Shown: positions 1 through 10,019, counted from the first letter of the stretch. The stretch is DNA of 64,000 nt from Tolypothrix carrinoi HA7290-LM1 (GCA_019358935.1 JAHHIK010000027.1:13802-77801); one strand, 5' to 3'. Translations and numbers: made by a program. The notes: a model not told the origin generated them from the sequence alone.

Positions 1-994
1 GTGAACTAAAGCGGTTCAGGGAAATTCCATAATGGTCTGTATAGTTAAACTTAGCTTTTTCACCTTCCGGATACGTAACTGTTGAATTTCCCCGAAGTTG
101 TTTTACTATATAATTTGGTTGGTCAAAATTATCGGTGACAGCATCATTGAGTCGATTGTTACTAATTAAAACGTTAGCAAAAGCTTGAATTTGTATATTA
201 GCGGCAAACCTGTGAGAAAATCGCTGCCAAGCATTCTGAAATGATTCTGGTACGCGAGGTTCTGGAGTAGCTACGTTATTACTTCTAACTCCAAAGATGA
301 TAATATTTTGGTTAGTATTTTTCTCAGAATTTTCGGCTGATGAAAATTCAATTGCCGCACGATTAATATCTACATTCACTACACCGATATTGCTATCTTG
401 GTTTGGGTTAGTAGTGAAGATTTTTTTAAAAGCTGTATTATTCGGTGTACCGCTACCAGAAAAACTCGGTTTATATTGAGGGAAAACTAACTTTGTGGCT
501 GGATTGTATGAACTAGATTTAGCATCATTGACTGCGGGTGTATCTCCACGGATAACTACACCATCTTTTAAGTAAATGTTATCTGCAAAGTTGTAAGTTC
601 CACCCGGAAAATAGACAACACCCCCACCGTTAGCAGATGCAGCATCGCGGGCAGCATTAAAGCTAGCATCTATAGTGGAAGCGCGGAAATCTTTAATGTT
701 ATAAACGCAATTCCATTTAAGATTTTTAGTCCAAGTCAAAGCGTTATCTTTATATTTTGCAGCAATGGGATTGTCTTGAGGTGCATTGCTACGACTGCCG
801 CATTTTGACGATTGGGTAATAGTTTGAATTGGTGAAGTTTGAGAATCAGCAGTTTGATTAGGTGGAATTTGAGAATTACAGCTATTGATAAGAATAATGA
901 TGACAGCGGTTAAGAAAAATTGGTAGAAGATTTGGAATTTTCGCCGCGCTTGTCGGATGGTAGCGATGAGGTTGATGTTGATGTCTTTAAGCAA
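1..994 (-). CDS. Secreted/lipoprotein with pectate-lyase-like (beta-helix) N-terminal motif; runs off the left edge (partial)
   Basis: Not in the ORF track. Manual translation from TTG at 994 gives a hydrophobic stretch then INSC, then 'VYNIKDF...FNAARDAASANGGGVVYFPGGTY...IYLKDGVVIRG', typical of Pectate_lyase_3/GH28-related proteins; frame is open to position 2. Confidence 0.7.
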   Translation of the reverse strand, partial: MLKDININLIATIRQARRKFQIFYQFFLTAVIIILINSCNSQIPPNQTADSQTSPIQTITQSSKCGSRSNAPQDNPIAAKYKDNALTWTKNLKWNCVYNIKDFRASTIDASFNAARDAASANGGGVVYFPGGTYNFADNIYLKDGVVIRGDTPAVNDAKSSSYNPATKLVFPQYKPSFSGSGTPNNTAFKKIFTTNPNQDSNIGVVNVDINRAAIEFSSAENSEKNTNQNIIIFGVRSNNVATPEPRVPESFQNAWQRFSHRFAANIQIQAFANVLISNNRLNDAVTDNFDQPNYIVKQLRGNSTVTYPEGEKAKFNYTDHYGISLNRFSS

Positions 995-1137
995 CTTTAG
1001 TTCTCTCTGCACAGTTCTTAGAACTTGATTTTACCAGAAATCTAAGTACTGCTGTAAGTGGAAAACTGGAAGAATGCGATCGCCTCAAAAGCCAGCCTGA
1101 AAAAAGTGCTGCTACCTCCTTTGATTCATATTTAAGT

Positions 1138-2454
1138 TTAGTAACTTAAATCTCCCTCGTTATTTGAGATTCCCCGAATCTGAATTGATGTTTGTTTATA
1201 CGAGCCATTGCCTTGAGTGCAAGTAGCTGATAGCGTATCTCCACTAATAAAAATATTGTGACAAGATGCTTGGTAAGTACTAGCAGTCCGAGGATTGCTA
1301 TAATACTTCAACTCTCCATCGTCATTTACGATGCCCAGAACCCGAATTGATGTTTGTTTATATAAGCCATTACTTTGAGGGCAAGTAGCTGATAGCTCAT
1401 CTCCATTAATAGAAATATTCTGACAAGATTTTTGGTAACTACTATTATCTCTGGCTTGCGGAGAAGAACTGGTAGTGGGTGTGGATGTTCCTTTTAAGCT
1501 AGGTTGTGAATTAAACACAAAATAGGATGTTAGCGCTACAGCACCGGCAATACCTGCGCCAATCAGGGATTTTTTATTTCTCAGAACTGAAATAGAATTA
1601 GAAAGTCTATTAGCAGGTGCAGAAGTTTGGGCAACTGACTGTTTCTGATTTTGGCTGAAGGTTGCGGTGTTACTAGATAACCGTGATTCGTCTAATGAGT
1701 TTGGTTCGTTTTGATTAGTAGAAGTAGATTGTTGATTAGAAATTATCGCTTCAATTGACGCTACATCTTCTTGGCTCAAGTTTTGCCTTACTGACATGTC
1801 ATTAGATAATCGCGATTCCTGTACAAGGTTTGCGGGTTGTTCCTCAACTTTACCCAGATGAGGCTTCTTTTTCATAATTGGGATAGAATCACCCGAAATC
1901 CCAGCAAACTGAATCGCATTGCAAGCAATGTTAAAAGCAAACTCTATGCGCGAGTAAGTATCGTATCGCGGATCGTAAGCTACTAAAGCATCGTAAAAGC
2001 CTACGGCAAATTCTAGCGCGGCTTTATCACCGATCGCAGCATTCATGCCAATGACATAATCAATATGTTGAGCGATCGCTACAGCTTGTTCTTCACTATA
2101 ACAAGCATTCAGCACCACACACTCTACTTGCTTGGCGAACTGCCCGAAAAGTCCCGCGAGTGCAACTGAAGTGACTAACTTTTCTTTGCCAGTTTCATCC
2201 TCAAATGATAATCCTGTGGTTCCCGCACCATGTCCAGAAAAATGAATGATGTTTGGGCGAAAATCTAACACCGCACGGCGAACATCTCGCGGACGTACCG
2301 CCCATTCTTGTTGCAAAATAAATTTATCACGTTGTTGCGAAAGCCGCAAACCTTCTTTAATGTCGCGCACTTCCTCATCCAAACGTAGACGTGATGTCTG
2401 TTTCGGATTCGCTGCCAGAATTAAGATTTTCTTCGCCGGAGTGTCTATATTCAT
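1138..2454 (-). CDS. CHAT-domain protein with TM helix and C-terminal cyanovirin/microvirin-like (CVNH) lectin repeats
   Basis: CHAT motifs IIHFSGHG and VVLNACYS; TM segment LIGAGIAGAVALTSYFVF; two ~50-aa repeats SYQxSCxNIxIxGDxLSATCxQxNGxYKQTSI. Confidence 0.8.
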   Translation of the reverse strand: MNIDTPAKKILILAANPKQTSRLRLDEEVRDIKEGLRLSQQRDKFILQQEWAVRPRDVRRAVLDFRPNIIHFSGHGAGTTGLSFEDETGKEKLVTSVALAGLFGQFAKQVECVVLNACYSEEQAVAIAQHIDYVIGMNAAIGDKAALEFAVGFYDALVAYDPRYDTYSRIEFAFNIACNAIQFAGISGDSIPIMKKKPHLGKVEEQPANLVQESRLSNDMSVRQNLSQEDVASIEAIISNQQSTSTNQNEPNSLDESRLSSNTATFSQNQKQSVAQTSAPANRLSNSISVLRNKKSLIGAGIAGAVALTSYFVFNSQPSLKGTSTPTTSSSPQARDNSSYQKSCQNISINGDELSATCPQSNGLYKQTSIRVLGIVNDDGELKYYSNPRTASTYQASCHNIFISGDTLSATCTQGNGSYKQTSIQIRGISNNEGDLSY

Positions 2455-2537
2455 TTTCTCGCGCCCGTCAAATCTTTGATTTAATTATGCAGTAACTACA
2501 AACATCATTTAAATTTTCCCGAAACTACGTTAATCGC

Positions 2538-2637
2538 CTAACTCGAAGCACTAGTATAAAAACGCAAAGCAAACCGCAAAAAAAAAGTATAAAACGCAAT
2601 ATAGCGCCACAGGTAAAGCTGCCGCACTTAGTAACCA
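2538..2637 (-). pseudogene. Degenerate copy of the last ~100 bp of the ABC-2 permease gene (6524-6623)
   Basis: First 30 nt identical to 6524-6553; similarity continues to ctgccgcacttagta. Confidence 0.85.
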
Positions 2638-2712
2638 GGTAAAATACTTTCAGCAAGCCTAGGCAGATTATGATAGAAATTTCAGGCTTGATAGGAAAGG
2701 CGATAATCCCTC

Positions 2713-3516
2713 ATGACTACCGAAAACAATCTAGCCGTTGTGGACTGGGAATCCCATAAGCCACCTACAGATTTAATTTTTGATGATGGTGAACCCTTAG
2801 AATCAAATAGACACCGTATTGCGATGAATATCCTGATTCGGTCATTGCAGCAAGCTTGGGCTGACCGCAATGATTATTTTACCGGGGGCAATATGTTTAT
2901 TTACTACAGCAGCACCCAGGTTCGTAACCGCGATTTCCGGGGTCCAGATTTTTTTGCTGTCCTCAATGTTGACGGCAATAACTCAAGACTTGGGTGGGTA
3001 GTGTGGGAAGAAAATGGTCGTTATCCCGATGCAATTGTGGAATTAATGTCACCATCTACCGCAGCAATAGACAAGGGTATTAAGAAAAACCTTTATGAAC
3101 AAACTTTTCATACCTCAGATTATTTTGTCTACGACCCCTTTGACGCTAATTCTTTGCAAGGATGGCATTTAGATGATAATCAACAATACCAGTCTTTGAC
3201 CCCAAATGAGCGCAGTTGGCTATGGTGTAGACGTTTAGGTTTATGGTTGGGGACTTGGGAAGGAACAATAGATAGAGAAACAGCGGTATGGTTGCGGTTT
3301 TACGATGTGGCTGGCAATCTGGTTTTGTTACCAGAGGAGGCTGCAATTGCACAAGCGGATGCAGCAGTTGCACAAGCGGATGCAGCAATTGCACGAGAGG
3401 AGGAAGCAGTTGCACAAGCGGATGCAGCAATTGCACGACAGGAGGAAGCAATTGCACGAGCCGAACGTTTAGCAGCTAGATTAAGAGAGTTGGGGGAAAA
3501 TCCAGATGTGTTCTGA
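2713..3516 (+). CDS. Uma2 family (DUF820) endonuclease-like protein with Ala-rich coiled-coil tail
   Basis: DDGEPLES..H, FRGPDFF, WVVWEE..RYPD..VELMSPST; C-terminal AQADAAIA repeats and ERLAARLRELG. Confidence 0.9.
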   Translation: MTTENNLAVVDWESHKPPTDLIFDDGEPLESNRHRIAMNILIRSLQQAWADRNDYFTGGNMFIYYSSTQVRNRDFRGPDFFAVLNVDGNNSRLGWVVWEENGRYPDAIVELMSPSTAAIDKGIKKNLYEQTFHTSDYFVYDPFDANSLQGWHLDDNQQYQSLTPNERSWLWCRRLGLWLGTWEGTIDRETAVWLRFYDVAGNLVLLPEEAAIAQADAAVAQADAAIAREEEAVAQADAAIARQEEAIARAERLAARLRELGENPDVF

Positions 3517-3559
3517 GGGATTTTTGCTTTTTTGATTTGTTTAAAGGCTGAAATTCCTA

Positions 3560-3588
3560 GTAGAGACGTTCCGGTGGAACGTCTCTAC
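3560..3588. repeat. GTAG-type REP-like palindrome
   Basis: gtagagacgttcc-ggt-ggaacgtctctac; near-identical copy at 18636-18664. Confidence 0.8.
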
Positions 3589-3738
3589 AAAGGCGGGTTT
3601 TAATATTGCAATCATTCGTCAAATTTTCTTTCTTCATATTTAAAATCAGTCAGCAATACTTGATGAATTGTTTGCCAATTGTTTGGGCTTCGTTTGTGTC
3701 ATTATTACTAAATAAAGATACCTTTTGATAGCTATGGC

Positions 3739-5517
3739 ATGATTAGCAGCACCCCGATCAAAAAAATCTTGATTTTGGCAGCGAATCCGAAACAAACATC
3801 ACGTCTGCGTCTAGATGAGGAAGTGCGCGACATTAAGGAAGGTTTGCGGCTTTCGCAACAACGTGATAAATTTATTTTGCAACATGAATGGGCAGTACGT
3901 CCAAGAGATGTGCGTCGTGCTGTGTTAGATTTTAGACCGAACATCATTCATTTTTCTGGACATGGTTCGCAGACGACGGGATTATTATTTGAGGATGAAA
4001 CCGAAAAAGAAAAGCTAGTAACCGCACAAGCACTTGCCGGACTGTTTGAGCAGTTCGCTAGCCAACTAGAGTGTGTGGTGTTGAATGCTTGTTATAGTGA
4101 AGAACAAGCTGTGGCGATCGCTCAACATATTGATTATGTCATTGGCATGAATGCGCCAATTGGGGATAAAGCCGCTTTGGAATTTGCTGTTGGCTTTTAC
4201 GATGCTCTAGCACGTTACAATTCTCAATACGATGAAAGCTCGGCGATAGAGTTTGCTTTTAACATTGCTTGCAATGCGATCGCACTTGCTGGGGTTTCAG
4301 GTGAATCTATTCCAGTGCTGAAAAAGAAGCCGAATCTTATTGAGTCAGTCGATAAAACGGATACATTTGAAGAACAGATTTCCGAAAAGAATAAACATAC
4401 ATACAGTTTATCTGCTGTTGAAGCATATCGCCAAAAAGTTGAGGAGTTTGCCTGTGATGGCAAGATTTCTGATATCGAACGTCACATTTTATCAGATTAT
4501 ATAAAAGAGCTAAAAATAACAGACGAACAGGCTTATGCCATTGAAGTAGAGGCTTTAAAGCCTTACCAAGAGTACCAGGAAAATTTGAAAAATTACCTGC
4601 GAAGATTTGTTGAGGCACTTAATCATGAGTCACATTTTTCAGACCAGACTCGTGTTGAATTTAAACTTTTGCAGCAAACTTGGAAATTAAAAAGTGAGGA
4701 TCTAGATAAAATTTACAATAATCTAGGTAATGCTCTGTATGATGCTCAAGATAATGATAAAGCAATTCTGGCATACAAAGAGGCAATTCTGATTAATAAT
4801 AACAACCCAATCACGCACAGGAATTTGGGAAATGTTTTCTTGATTAAAAAAAAAATACAAGAGGCGATCGCTGAGTATAGAGAAGCAATTCGCATCGAAC
4901 CTGACAATGCCCGACTTCATTATCATCTGGGAAATATTTTTTATAATTCAGATTTAAATGAAGCAATTTCTGAGTATAAAAAAGCAGTGGCAATCGAGCC
5001 AGAAAATGCAGATTTTCACAATCGATTGGGACGCGCTTTATCCCAGCAAGACAACTTTGATGAGGCAATTACCGAATACAAAAAAGCAATTGAACTTAAC
5101 CCCAATCTTGCAGAAGCTCATGGTGGCTTGGGTATAGCTCTATATAGACAAACAAATTTAAAGGAGGCAATTGCTAGTCTCCTACAGGCAATTTACATCG
5201 AGTCTGACAACGCAGTTTTTTATAGAGATTTGGGTAGAATTTTATATAGCCAGGGCAAGTTAAAAGAGGCAGTTGCTCAATTAAAAGAAGCTATTCTCTT
5301 CAATAGAAATGATGCATTTGCTTATGCTTATTTAGGGTTCGCTTTACTATCTCAACGAAAGCAAGAGGATGGAATAGAGCGTCTGAAAATTGCTATCTAT
5401 TTATTGAAAGAGGAGCGTATGACTCAGGAGGCTTTCCAAATTGAGCAGATATTGCAGCAAGTAGTACAAGGTAATAGAAATTGGATGAATTTTGTTAAAC
5501 GGTGTCTGCTATGGTAA
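3739..5517 (+). CDS. CHAT-domain + helical linker + TPR repeat protein
   Basis: CHAT H/C motifs, near-identical to the N-terminus of 1138-2454; multiple TPR repeats (EAIxEYxxAIxIxP). Confidence 0.88.
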   Translation: MISSTPIKKILILAANPKQTSRLRLDEEVRDIKEGLRLSQQRDKFILQHEWAVRPRDVRRAVLDFRPNIIHFSGHGSQTTGLLFEDETEKEKLVTAQALAGLFEQFASQLECVVLNACYSEEQAVAIAQHIDYVIGMNAPIGDKAALEFAVGFYDALARYNSQYDESSAIEFAFNIACNAIALAGVSGESIPVLKKKPNLIESVDKTDTFEEQISEKNKHTYSLSAVEAYRQKVEEFACDGKISDIERHILSDYIKELKITDEQAYAIEVEALKPYQEYQENLKNYLRRFVEALNHESHFSDQTRVEFKLLQQTWKLKSEDLDKIYNNLGNALYDAQDNDKAILAYKEAILINNNNPITHRNLGNVFLIKKKIQEAIAEYREAIRIEPDNARLHYHLGNIFYNSDLNEAISEYKKAVAIEPENADFHNRLGRALSQQDNFDEAITEYKKAIELNPNLAEAHGGLGIALYRQTNLKEAIASLLQAIYIESDNAVFYRDLGRILYSQGKLKEAVAQLKEAILFNRNDAFAYAYLGFALLSQRKQEDGIERLKIAIYLLKEERMTQEAFQIEQILQQVVQGNRNWMNFVKRCLLW

Positions 5518-5558
5518 TTACTTCTCGATCGCATCTGTTTGGGTATGCTACGGGATAC

Positions 5559-6431
5559 CTAATTTTTGCTCAAGCAGGGAGTAATATTTGTCATTGCCGC
5601 TCCAACTACTGCTGCAATGGTAATTTTTTTGATGTTACCTACAATTACTACGCCCTTCTGCCGCTGCAATTGCTTTAAACTTTGATTGAAAGCTTTATCA
5701 GCCTCATCTTGTATAGCATTACGTGCATCTACCAGGGTTACGCGTTCTTTTACTCCTGATTGAGCAAATTCAAAAGCTTTATCCTCTGCGGCTTGATTCA
5801 CAAATGCGAAGACATAATCTGTCTGAGAAAGTGCTTGCTCTGCAATATTTGGAAGTTCATTTTGAACAGATGCTTCGTTAATTCTAATATGATTTTTTCT
5901 GGCTTCTTTAATAACTATTTTTTTCAGTTCTTGGTTGATTAAGTCATTATGTGCTTGTGATATAGTTTCACGCCAAATCATCTGCCCATCTAGTTTTTTC
6001 TCTGCCTGTTTAATTGCATCATCAGCTAGATGACTCCATCGCAGGTCATCAAGGTTAGTGTATGTAGGTGGAATTTGTCTTGGACTTGTTCTTCCAGCGG
6101 GTTTTGGCAGAGGTTTAAGTCGGGTAGGAAGACGACGAACTGGGGGAAATTTTGATCGCTTAAGTTTTGGTCGCCATCGTATCGGCACTATAGCGCTAGT
6201 AGTTAGGTTTAACGAATTATCATTGTGTAGTAAATCGGCTGAAAGGCGATTTGCAACTTTTGGGCAGTTTTTGTTCTGTTTATCTGAAACAGCTATATTA
6301 CATGCTGTAGTCAGTGAAAAACTGCTAATTAACATTGCAAGTATTAAACTACGTCTGTAATTTAAACGTATTATAATAGTTTTGCTCATGTGCTTTTCAT
6401 TTGAATATAAAATCGCTATATGTATATCCAA
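5559..6431 (-). CDS. Hypothetical protein, putative lipoprotein (start probably 6389)
   Basis: 290-aa ORF; hydrophobic stretch ending LTTAC (lipobox-like); Pro/Arg-rich segment. Confidence 0.55.
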   Translation of the reverse strand: MDIHIAILYSNEKHMSKTIIIRLNYRRSLILAMLISSFSLTTACNIAVSDKQNKNCPKVANRLSADLLHNDNSLNLTTSAIVPIRWRPKLKRSKFPPVRRLPTRLKPLPKPAGRTSPRQIPPTYTNLDDLRWSHLADDAIKQAEKKLDGQMIWRETISQAHNDLINQELKKIVIKEARKNHIRINEASVQNELPNIAEQALSQTDYVFAFVNQAAEDKAFEFAQSGVKERVTLVDARNAIQDEADKAFNQSLKQLQRQKGVVIVGNIKKITIAAVVGAAMTNITPCLSKN

Positions 6432-6523
6432 AATTAAAGCGATTGATTTCGGATAGTTATGTTATTTAATTACTTAGATTGAGTGTAATAGCTTTGAGTA
6501 GGGCGATCGCCTGATAATTTTGG

Positions 6524-7306
6524 CTAACTCGAAGCACTAGTATAAAAACGCAAGGCAAACCGCCAAAAATAAGTAGAAAACGCAAAGAGTCCCACTGCCA
6601 ATCCTGCCGCACTTAGTACCCAACTGATTTCACCCCGACGCAGCATTGCCTCTGCGGGAATCGTCGTTAAAAAAGCTACCGGAACTACAAAGGTAAAGAA
6701 AAAGCGGTAAGCAGTCGGATATGCAACCATCGGATATCTTCCAGCTTCCAACAAACCGCGCAGCACTTCAGTAACGTTGTATATTTTCACAAACCAGATG
6801 CTAGTCGCACCCAGCATAAACCACAAACTGTAAAGAATTATTAAGCCGAAAAACAGCGGTATGATACTAAGTAAATAGTCGTTTATTCGCAAGTTAAGTT
6901 TTGAACCTGCGTAACCAATTATTACGCAACCAAAAATTATATCTGGCATTCCCCAAGGTGATAAGGTATGGATAGAAAGCCAAAACTGACTGCGGATAGG
7001 TTTTAATAATACAAAGTCTAGCGTACCTTCTTGCACATGGCGGACAATGCGATTTAAATTTGGTGCAAGAAAAGTCGCGGAAAAGCCTTGCAATAAAGTA
7101 AAAATTCCTAAGACTATTAAAGCAGCTGACCACGACCAGCCGCCAAAGGTGTAACCTGTACGGTAAAACAAGAATAGTCCGAATAAACTACCTACAAGAT
7201 TCCCGATGCTGCTGAGGGTAGCTAAAAGGAAGTTGATGCGATACTCTATCTCCGCTGCTATGGCAGCACTCCAAAACAGTCTTAGTACTTTCAAATATCT
7301 TGACAT
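6524..7306 (-). CDS. ABC-2 family transporter permease (DUF990-type)
   Basis: Multiple TM helices; EYRINF, V.EGTLDFVLLKP, GRYP...YP motifs. Confidence 0.88.
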   Translation of the reverse strand: MSRYLKVLRLFWSAAIAAEIEYRINFLLATLSSIGNLVGSLFGLFLFYRTGYTFGGWSWSAALIVLGIFTLLQGFSATFLAPNLNRIVRHVQEGTLDFVLLKPIRSQFWLSIHTLSPWGMPDIIFGCVIIGYAGSKLNLRINDYLLSIIPLFFGLIILYSLWFMLGATSIWFVKIYNVTEVLRGLLEAGRYPMVAYPTAYRFFFTFVVPVAFLTTIPAEAMLRRGEISWVLSAAGLAVGLFAFSTYFWRFALRFYTSASS

Positions 7307-7444
7307 TTTCAGATCCCCAGCAATATATGAATATATTTTTTAGGATACAAAATAACTTTACTTAAACTTAATCTTATTTTTCATGAATAAAGAATTTATG
7401 AACGTTAAGATATTCTATGCCTATTGTTGAATACTAGAGATTTT

Positions 7445-8056
7445 ATGCATTTTGATTTACCGCAGATAGTTAAATCACTTGGTTATTTTGGAGTATGGGC
7501 GATTATCTTTGCTGAATCTGGGTTATTAATTGGGTTTTTTCTGCCCGGAGATAGTTTGCTATTTACTGCTGGATTTGTTGCTTACACGAAACCGGAACTG
7601 CTAAATATCTGGGTTTTGATTTTTGGCGCTTTTGTTTGTGCAGTGTTTGGTGATAATGTCGGGTATGCTACTGGACGCAGATTTGGACGCAGATTATTTC
7701 AAAAAGAGGATTCGTGGCTGTTTCATAAAAAGCATTTGGAAAAAACTCAATCTTTTTATGAACAACACGGGAAGAAAACGCTGGTTTTAGCGCGATTTGT
7801 GCCGATAGTGCGGACTTTTGCCCCGATTATTGCTGGTATTGGTGCGATGCACTACCGCACATTTATGTCTTATAACTTAATTGGTGGTTTACTTTGGACA
7901 TTTGGTATTACTTTGTTAGGATATTTCTTAGGTAAATCATTGCCAGCCGAACAGGTGGATAAGTATTTGTTGCCGATTATTGGGTTGATTATTGTTGTTT
8001 CTTTAATTCCCTCGGTTATTCATTTGATTCAAGAAAATAGAGGAAGTAAACATTAA
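7445..8056 (+). CDS. dedA: DedA family membrane protein
   Basis: FAESGLLIGFFLPGDSLLF, GDNVGY, ARFVPIVRTFAP. Confidence 0.93.
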   Translation: MHFDLPQIVKSLGYFGVWAIIFAESGLLIGFFLPGDSLLFTAGFVAYTKPELLNIWVLIFGAFVCAVFGDNVGYATGRRFGRRLFQKEDSWLFHKKHLEKTQSFYEQHGKKTLVLARFVPIVRTFAPIIAGIGAMHYRTFMSYNLIGGLLWTFGITLLGYFLGKSLPAEQVDKYLLPIIGLIIVVSLIPSVIHLIQENRGSKH

Positions 8057-8177
8057 GATTTTCTCACGCCAAGGCGCAAAGTCGCAAAGAAGGAAAGGGG
8101 GATTTTCTTACCTGGGGTAGTTGGCAAGTTTTTTCGGATGAGAGAAACTGAACAATCAGAGTGTAATTATACTGCTG

Positions 8178-8732
8178 ATGACTTCATTCGACATCTTTTT
8201 GGAAGACTTTATTTTTCTGGTACTCTCGACGTGTTTTTTTGTGTTTGTGGGTTGGACGTGGAGACACTTAAAACCAATGAGTATTCCGGAACCGCTTCCG
8301 GGGTGGTTTAAAATCTGGTTTGGGACAGTGCAGGTGTTGGGAGGGTTGTTACCGCTGGTGGTAATGCTTTTGTGGGGTGTAGTGTGGGGAAGCGATACCT
8401 ACGGCACACTTCGCGATCGCACTTTAACTGTGCTTGTGTCATACTATCTCATGCTAGGGCTGCAAATTCTCTTTGAAAGTCTGACATTACGACAGTATAA
8501 ATCGGTTGTCTGGGTAATGGTTCCTTATTTATATTTGCCTTATCGCATTTGGCAACTGTATGAGGGTTTAATATTTCTGGGTTCTGAAAGTCAATTGATG
8601 TGGGTACGCTATTTTTTGATTTTACAGATTATTGTCTGGACTGTAAATTATGCTTTAGATGTGTCTCAGCTACCAAGGCTGTTTCGCTGGGCTGTACAAG
8701 ATAATTCTGAAGCAGTTGTTGTAGAGCGATAA
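8178..8732 (+). CDS. Hypothetical membrane protein carrying an in-frame 21-nt insertion at a HIP1 site
   Basis: Several hydrophobic helices; SDTYGTLRDR segment comes from the insertion at 8392-8420. Confidence 0.7.
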   Translation: MTSFDIFLEDFIFLVLSTCFFVFVGWTWRHLKPMSIPEPLPGWFKIWFGTVQVLGGLLPLVVMLLWGVVWGSDTYGTLRDRTLTVLVSYYLMLGLQILFESLTLRQYKSVVWVMVPYLYLPYRIWQLYEGLIFLGSESQLMWVRYFLILQIIVWTVNYALDVSQLPRLFRWAVQDNSEAVVVER

Positions 8733-8769
8733 TAATAAAAGTAAAATCTGAGAGTTTTTGGAGTGAGTC

Positions 8770-10011
8770 ATGCTGAAAAAACTCATCCTAGAAAATTGGA
8801 AAAGTTTCCGTTATGCAGAATTACCAATTGACCCATTAACTGTTCTTATTGGTACAAATGCCAGTGGCAAATCTAATGTAGTTGAAGCTTTGGAATTTTT
8901 ACAAAGAATAGTCAGAGGTGAGAATATTGAAGCAGCTTTAGCAGGAGATAAAACATTTCCATCTATTCGAGGTGGTGTAGAATGGGCTGCACTTAAACCT
9001 GAAACCAAATTTACATTAAAGGCATTAGTTCAGGGTGAGGACGATCAAACAGATTATTCTTATGTTATTAAAATACAAACACAACCTTTCGTCAAAGTTA
9101 TAGAAGAATATATTGATAGTCAAAAATTTAGAGATTATCTTACAGAGAATTTATCACCATTTTATCTAAAAAATTTGGATTTTCCCACAAGAAGTGGATT
9201 GAAAGAAGTATGGGGTATGATCCCTCTTGAGAAATTGGACAGAGACAAAATATCTAAAATTTCTCCAGAAGAAGTGGAAAATATATTAAATGAAAGGTTT
9301 AATCTAAGAACTACAGTAAAAAGTTTTGTCATCAAGACTTTAGAAAGTATTTTAATCCTAAATCCAATTCCTTCTACAATGCGGGACTACTCACCGTTGT
9401 CCGACAGCCTTGAAAGTAACGCATCGAATATTGCAGGTGTTCTAGCAGCGCTACCTGATGAAAATAAGGCAGAAGTAGAAGCAATAATATCTACATATAT
9501 CAAAGATTTACCAGAAGGTGATATTCAAAGAATCTGGGCGGAAAAAGTCGGCAGATTTGGTACTGATGCTATGCTTTACTGTGAGGAACAATGGAAACCC
9601 GGTCAGATTACAGAAATTGATGCTAGAAGTATGTCGGATGGAACTTTACGCTTTCTAGCAATTCTCACAGCGCTACTAACCCGACCAGAAAATAGTCAAC
9701 TTGTAATTGAAGAAATAGACAATGGTCTTCATCCTTCTCGCGCACAATTGCTAGTAAGAATGTTGCGAGAGATTGGTGCAAAAAGAAAAATTGACATTTT
9801 AATTACTACTCATAATCCAGCTTTGCTTGATGCTTTTGGACCAGAGATAGTGCCATTTGTGGTTGTCGCACATCGCGATTCGGAAACTGGAGAAAGCCAG
9901 TTAACGGTAGTAGAAGATATTGAGAATTTTCCCAAGCTGTTTGCATCAGCTTCTTTGGGTAAATTGACAACAAGTGGTGCGATTGAAAGAAGCCTTTCTC
10001 GTAACGAGTAA
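8770..10011 (+). CDS. ABC-type AAA ATPase (AAA_15/AAA_21 family)
   Basis: LENWKSF, Walker A GTNASGKSN, signature MSDGTLRFL, Walker B VIEEIDNGLHP, ITTHNP. Confidence 0.9.
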   Translation: MLKKLILENWKSFRYAELPIDPLTVLIGTNASGKSNVVEALEFLQRIVRGENIEAALAGDKTFPSIRGGVEWAALKPETKFTLKALVQGEDDQTDYSYVIKIQTQPFVKVIEEYIDSQKFRDYLTENLSPFYLKNLDFPTRSGLKEVWGMIPLEKLDRDKISKISPEEVENILNERFNLRTTVKSFVIKTLESILILNPIPSTMRDYSPLSDSLESNASNIAGVLAALPDENKAEVEAIISTYIKDLPEGDIQRIWAEKVGRFGTDAMLYCEEQWKPGQITEIDARSMSDGTLRFLAILTALLTRPENSQLVIEEIDNGLHPSRAQLLVRMLREIGAKRKIDILITTHNPALLDAFGPEIVPFVVVAHRDSETGESQLTVVEDIENFPKLFASASLGKLTTSGAIERSLSRNE

Positions 10012-10019
10012 TTAGAAGC

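Noticed and set aside
3288..3479. Cys-rich ORF (CTSGCSNC repeats) as a RiPP/metallothionein precursor
   Set aside because: Alternative frame of the Ala-rich repeat tail of the Uma2 gene; no independent evidence
2246..3947. Two similar small ORFs (MMFG.KSNTARR...)
   Set aside because: Antisense shadows of the duplicated CHAT domains
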